Assembly (NCBI GenBank): GCA_964016885.1
Contig: OZ024740.1
Span: forward strand, 269,018,001-269,082,000
DNA: 64,000 nucleotides
Direction: 5' to 3'
From: Eledone cirrhosa
Lineage: Eukaryota
Shown: piece by piece, positions 62,627 through 64,000 of the stretch
Numbering within the stretch: position 1 is the first letter of the stretch
Layout of the letters: each line of letters begins with the position of its first letter
Program-made: the position numbers and the translations under genes
Notes under the pieces: model-generated
Told to the model about the DNA's origin: nothing
The model's input: the letters and a program-made list of their open reading frames with translations, nothing else
The model's database searches: none

Positions 62627-62879
62627 CCGTCGGTCAGTCAATGGCAACATTGAGGACCGAGTAAGTTAGATCGCAGATATAAAAGACAGCGAGAAGCGAA
62701 AACCAACCAAACAGTGAGTGTGTTCTGTTATTAATTCTGGCAATATTACGCAAATATGACCCTCCCCAAGTATAACAATATATATATATATACAAACACA
62801 CACACATATATATATATATATATATGTGGAGTGAAAGAGAGAGAAAGATAGAGATAGATAGATAAATAGATAAATAATA

Positions 62880-63203
62880 GATATGTTTCTTTTATTTGCC
62901 ACTAGGGCATCAAAAGTGGGACAAGTACAACGGGGGGAGTTTACACAAAAAGGCGTCCTCAATAAGGAGGAGGCAATAACAAAATATAAAAATAAAATAA
63001 GATATAACAAAAAATAAAATTTATAACAAAATCCTCAATAGAGAGGAGGCGCCTTGGGGGGTCGCACACACCTCCGAAAAAAGTGTGCAACCCTTCTCCT
63101 CAGGAGCACAGAGAAGGGGTGCTCCCTTGGTCTTTCATCTTCCTCACCTATAGTCTGATGTAGAGTGAAGGCCCATTCACACGGGCCATTCTCGCCACTT
63201 TCA
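62880..63203 (-). mobile_element. Tx1/L1-like LINE extreme 3' end
   Basis: KVARMARVNGPSLYIRL* then 3' UTR ending aaataaagaaa in (TAGA)n. Confidence 0.5.
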
Positions 63204-63539
63204 TAGATAAATAGATAAATAGATAAATAGATAAATAGATAAATAATAGATAGATAGATAGATATGTTTCTTTTTTTTTAATAGATAGATAGATATATAG
63301 ATAGATAGATAGATATATAGATATATAGATAGATAGATAGGTATAATTAGCATTCTTTCGATAAACATGTAGCATTATAAACATCAATTATATCAACAGA
63401 ATACATACAGTAGATTGAAAGGAAAGTGTTCAAAAATATCCAACGCTAGTAGTTGGCACGTTGTCGACGCCTGCGTCATTCAATTTGAAGCAACTATCGT
63501 ATTTACTTTACAACAATAAAAGAAAAAAATGAAAGTAAA

Positions 63540-63726
63540 ATAATTGTTTCTACTTTAGGCACAAGGCCAGCAATTACGCAGTTCATTACTGGTACTTTAT
63601 TTTATCGACCCCGTAAGGATGAAAGGCAAAGTCAACCTCGGCGGAATTTGAACTCAGATCGTAAAGGGGCGTAACTATGCTGGAAAGCATGGCGTCCGAC
63701 CCTCTACCGATACTGCCAATCCACCA
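63540..63726 (-). mobile_element. tRNA-derived SINE, full length
   Basis: Family consensus match. Confidence 0.9.
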
Positions 63727-64000
63727 TAATGTTTTGGGATACATATAATACTTTTCATCCATACACTCAAACAAAAACTGAATTCCTTCAAACAAAAATT
63801 GAAGTACTTCAAATATTCTCATCTACTTTCTAAAGCATGTTTGATTTATTTATTCTGTCTTCTGAAGTAAATCCTATCAAATAGAATGCGAAGCTTCTCA
63901 AACATTCTGTCTAGAATTATAGAAAAGATAAAAGCTAATTTAAGCAAATTATAAAAAAAACATTAAAATACTTAGCTTATTGTAATATATTCAGAATATG

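Larger units (their letters stand above)
57545..62780 (+). mobile_element. Young Naiad-like PLE: inverted 3' copy (57545-59446) joined to a 5'-truncated forward copy (59447-62780)
   Basis: 58119-59345 minus ORF nearly identical to the C-terminal half of the plus ORF; pLTR at both outer ends; (TA)n flanks. Confidence 0.93.

Overview
AT-rich, microsatellite-dense eukaryotic DNA, probably an octopod cephalopod (inferred from the tRNA-derived Meta-type SINE family and an Octopus-type SINE tail). No intact host gene is evident; there are only two weak exon candidates. The window is a nest of retroelements in (TA)n/(CA)n tracts. Two Penelope-like element (PLE) lineages with RT + C-terminal GIY-YIG are present: a Naiad-like family (a decayed copy at 7.6-11.5 kb and a near-intact copy with a ~1.9 kb 5' inverted arm at 57.5-62.8 kb) and a Hydra-clade-like family (11.7-16.6 kb, 30.1-32.7 kb and a fragment at 28 kb). 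There are also Tx1/L1, RTE and CR1 LINE fragments, many SINEs, a hAT MITE and Helitron-like elements. The most notable signal is at RNA level: about a dozen different minimal type I hammerhead ribozyme (HHR) motifs (canonical, U3:A8 compensatory and N17-less variants, several degenerate), a young 477-bp HHR tandem array resembling a retrozyme, and many fold-back palindromes whose centres or breakpoints repeatedly fall in HHR stem II/core or other native hairpins. Coordinates were read by eye and are approximate.
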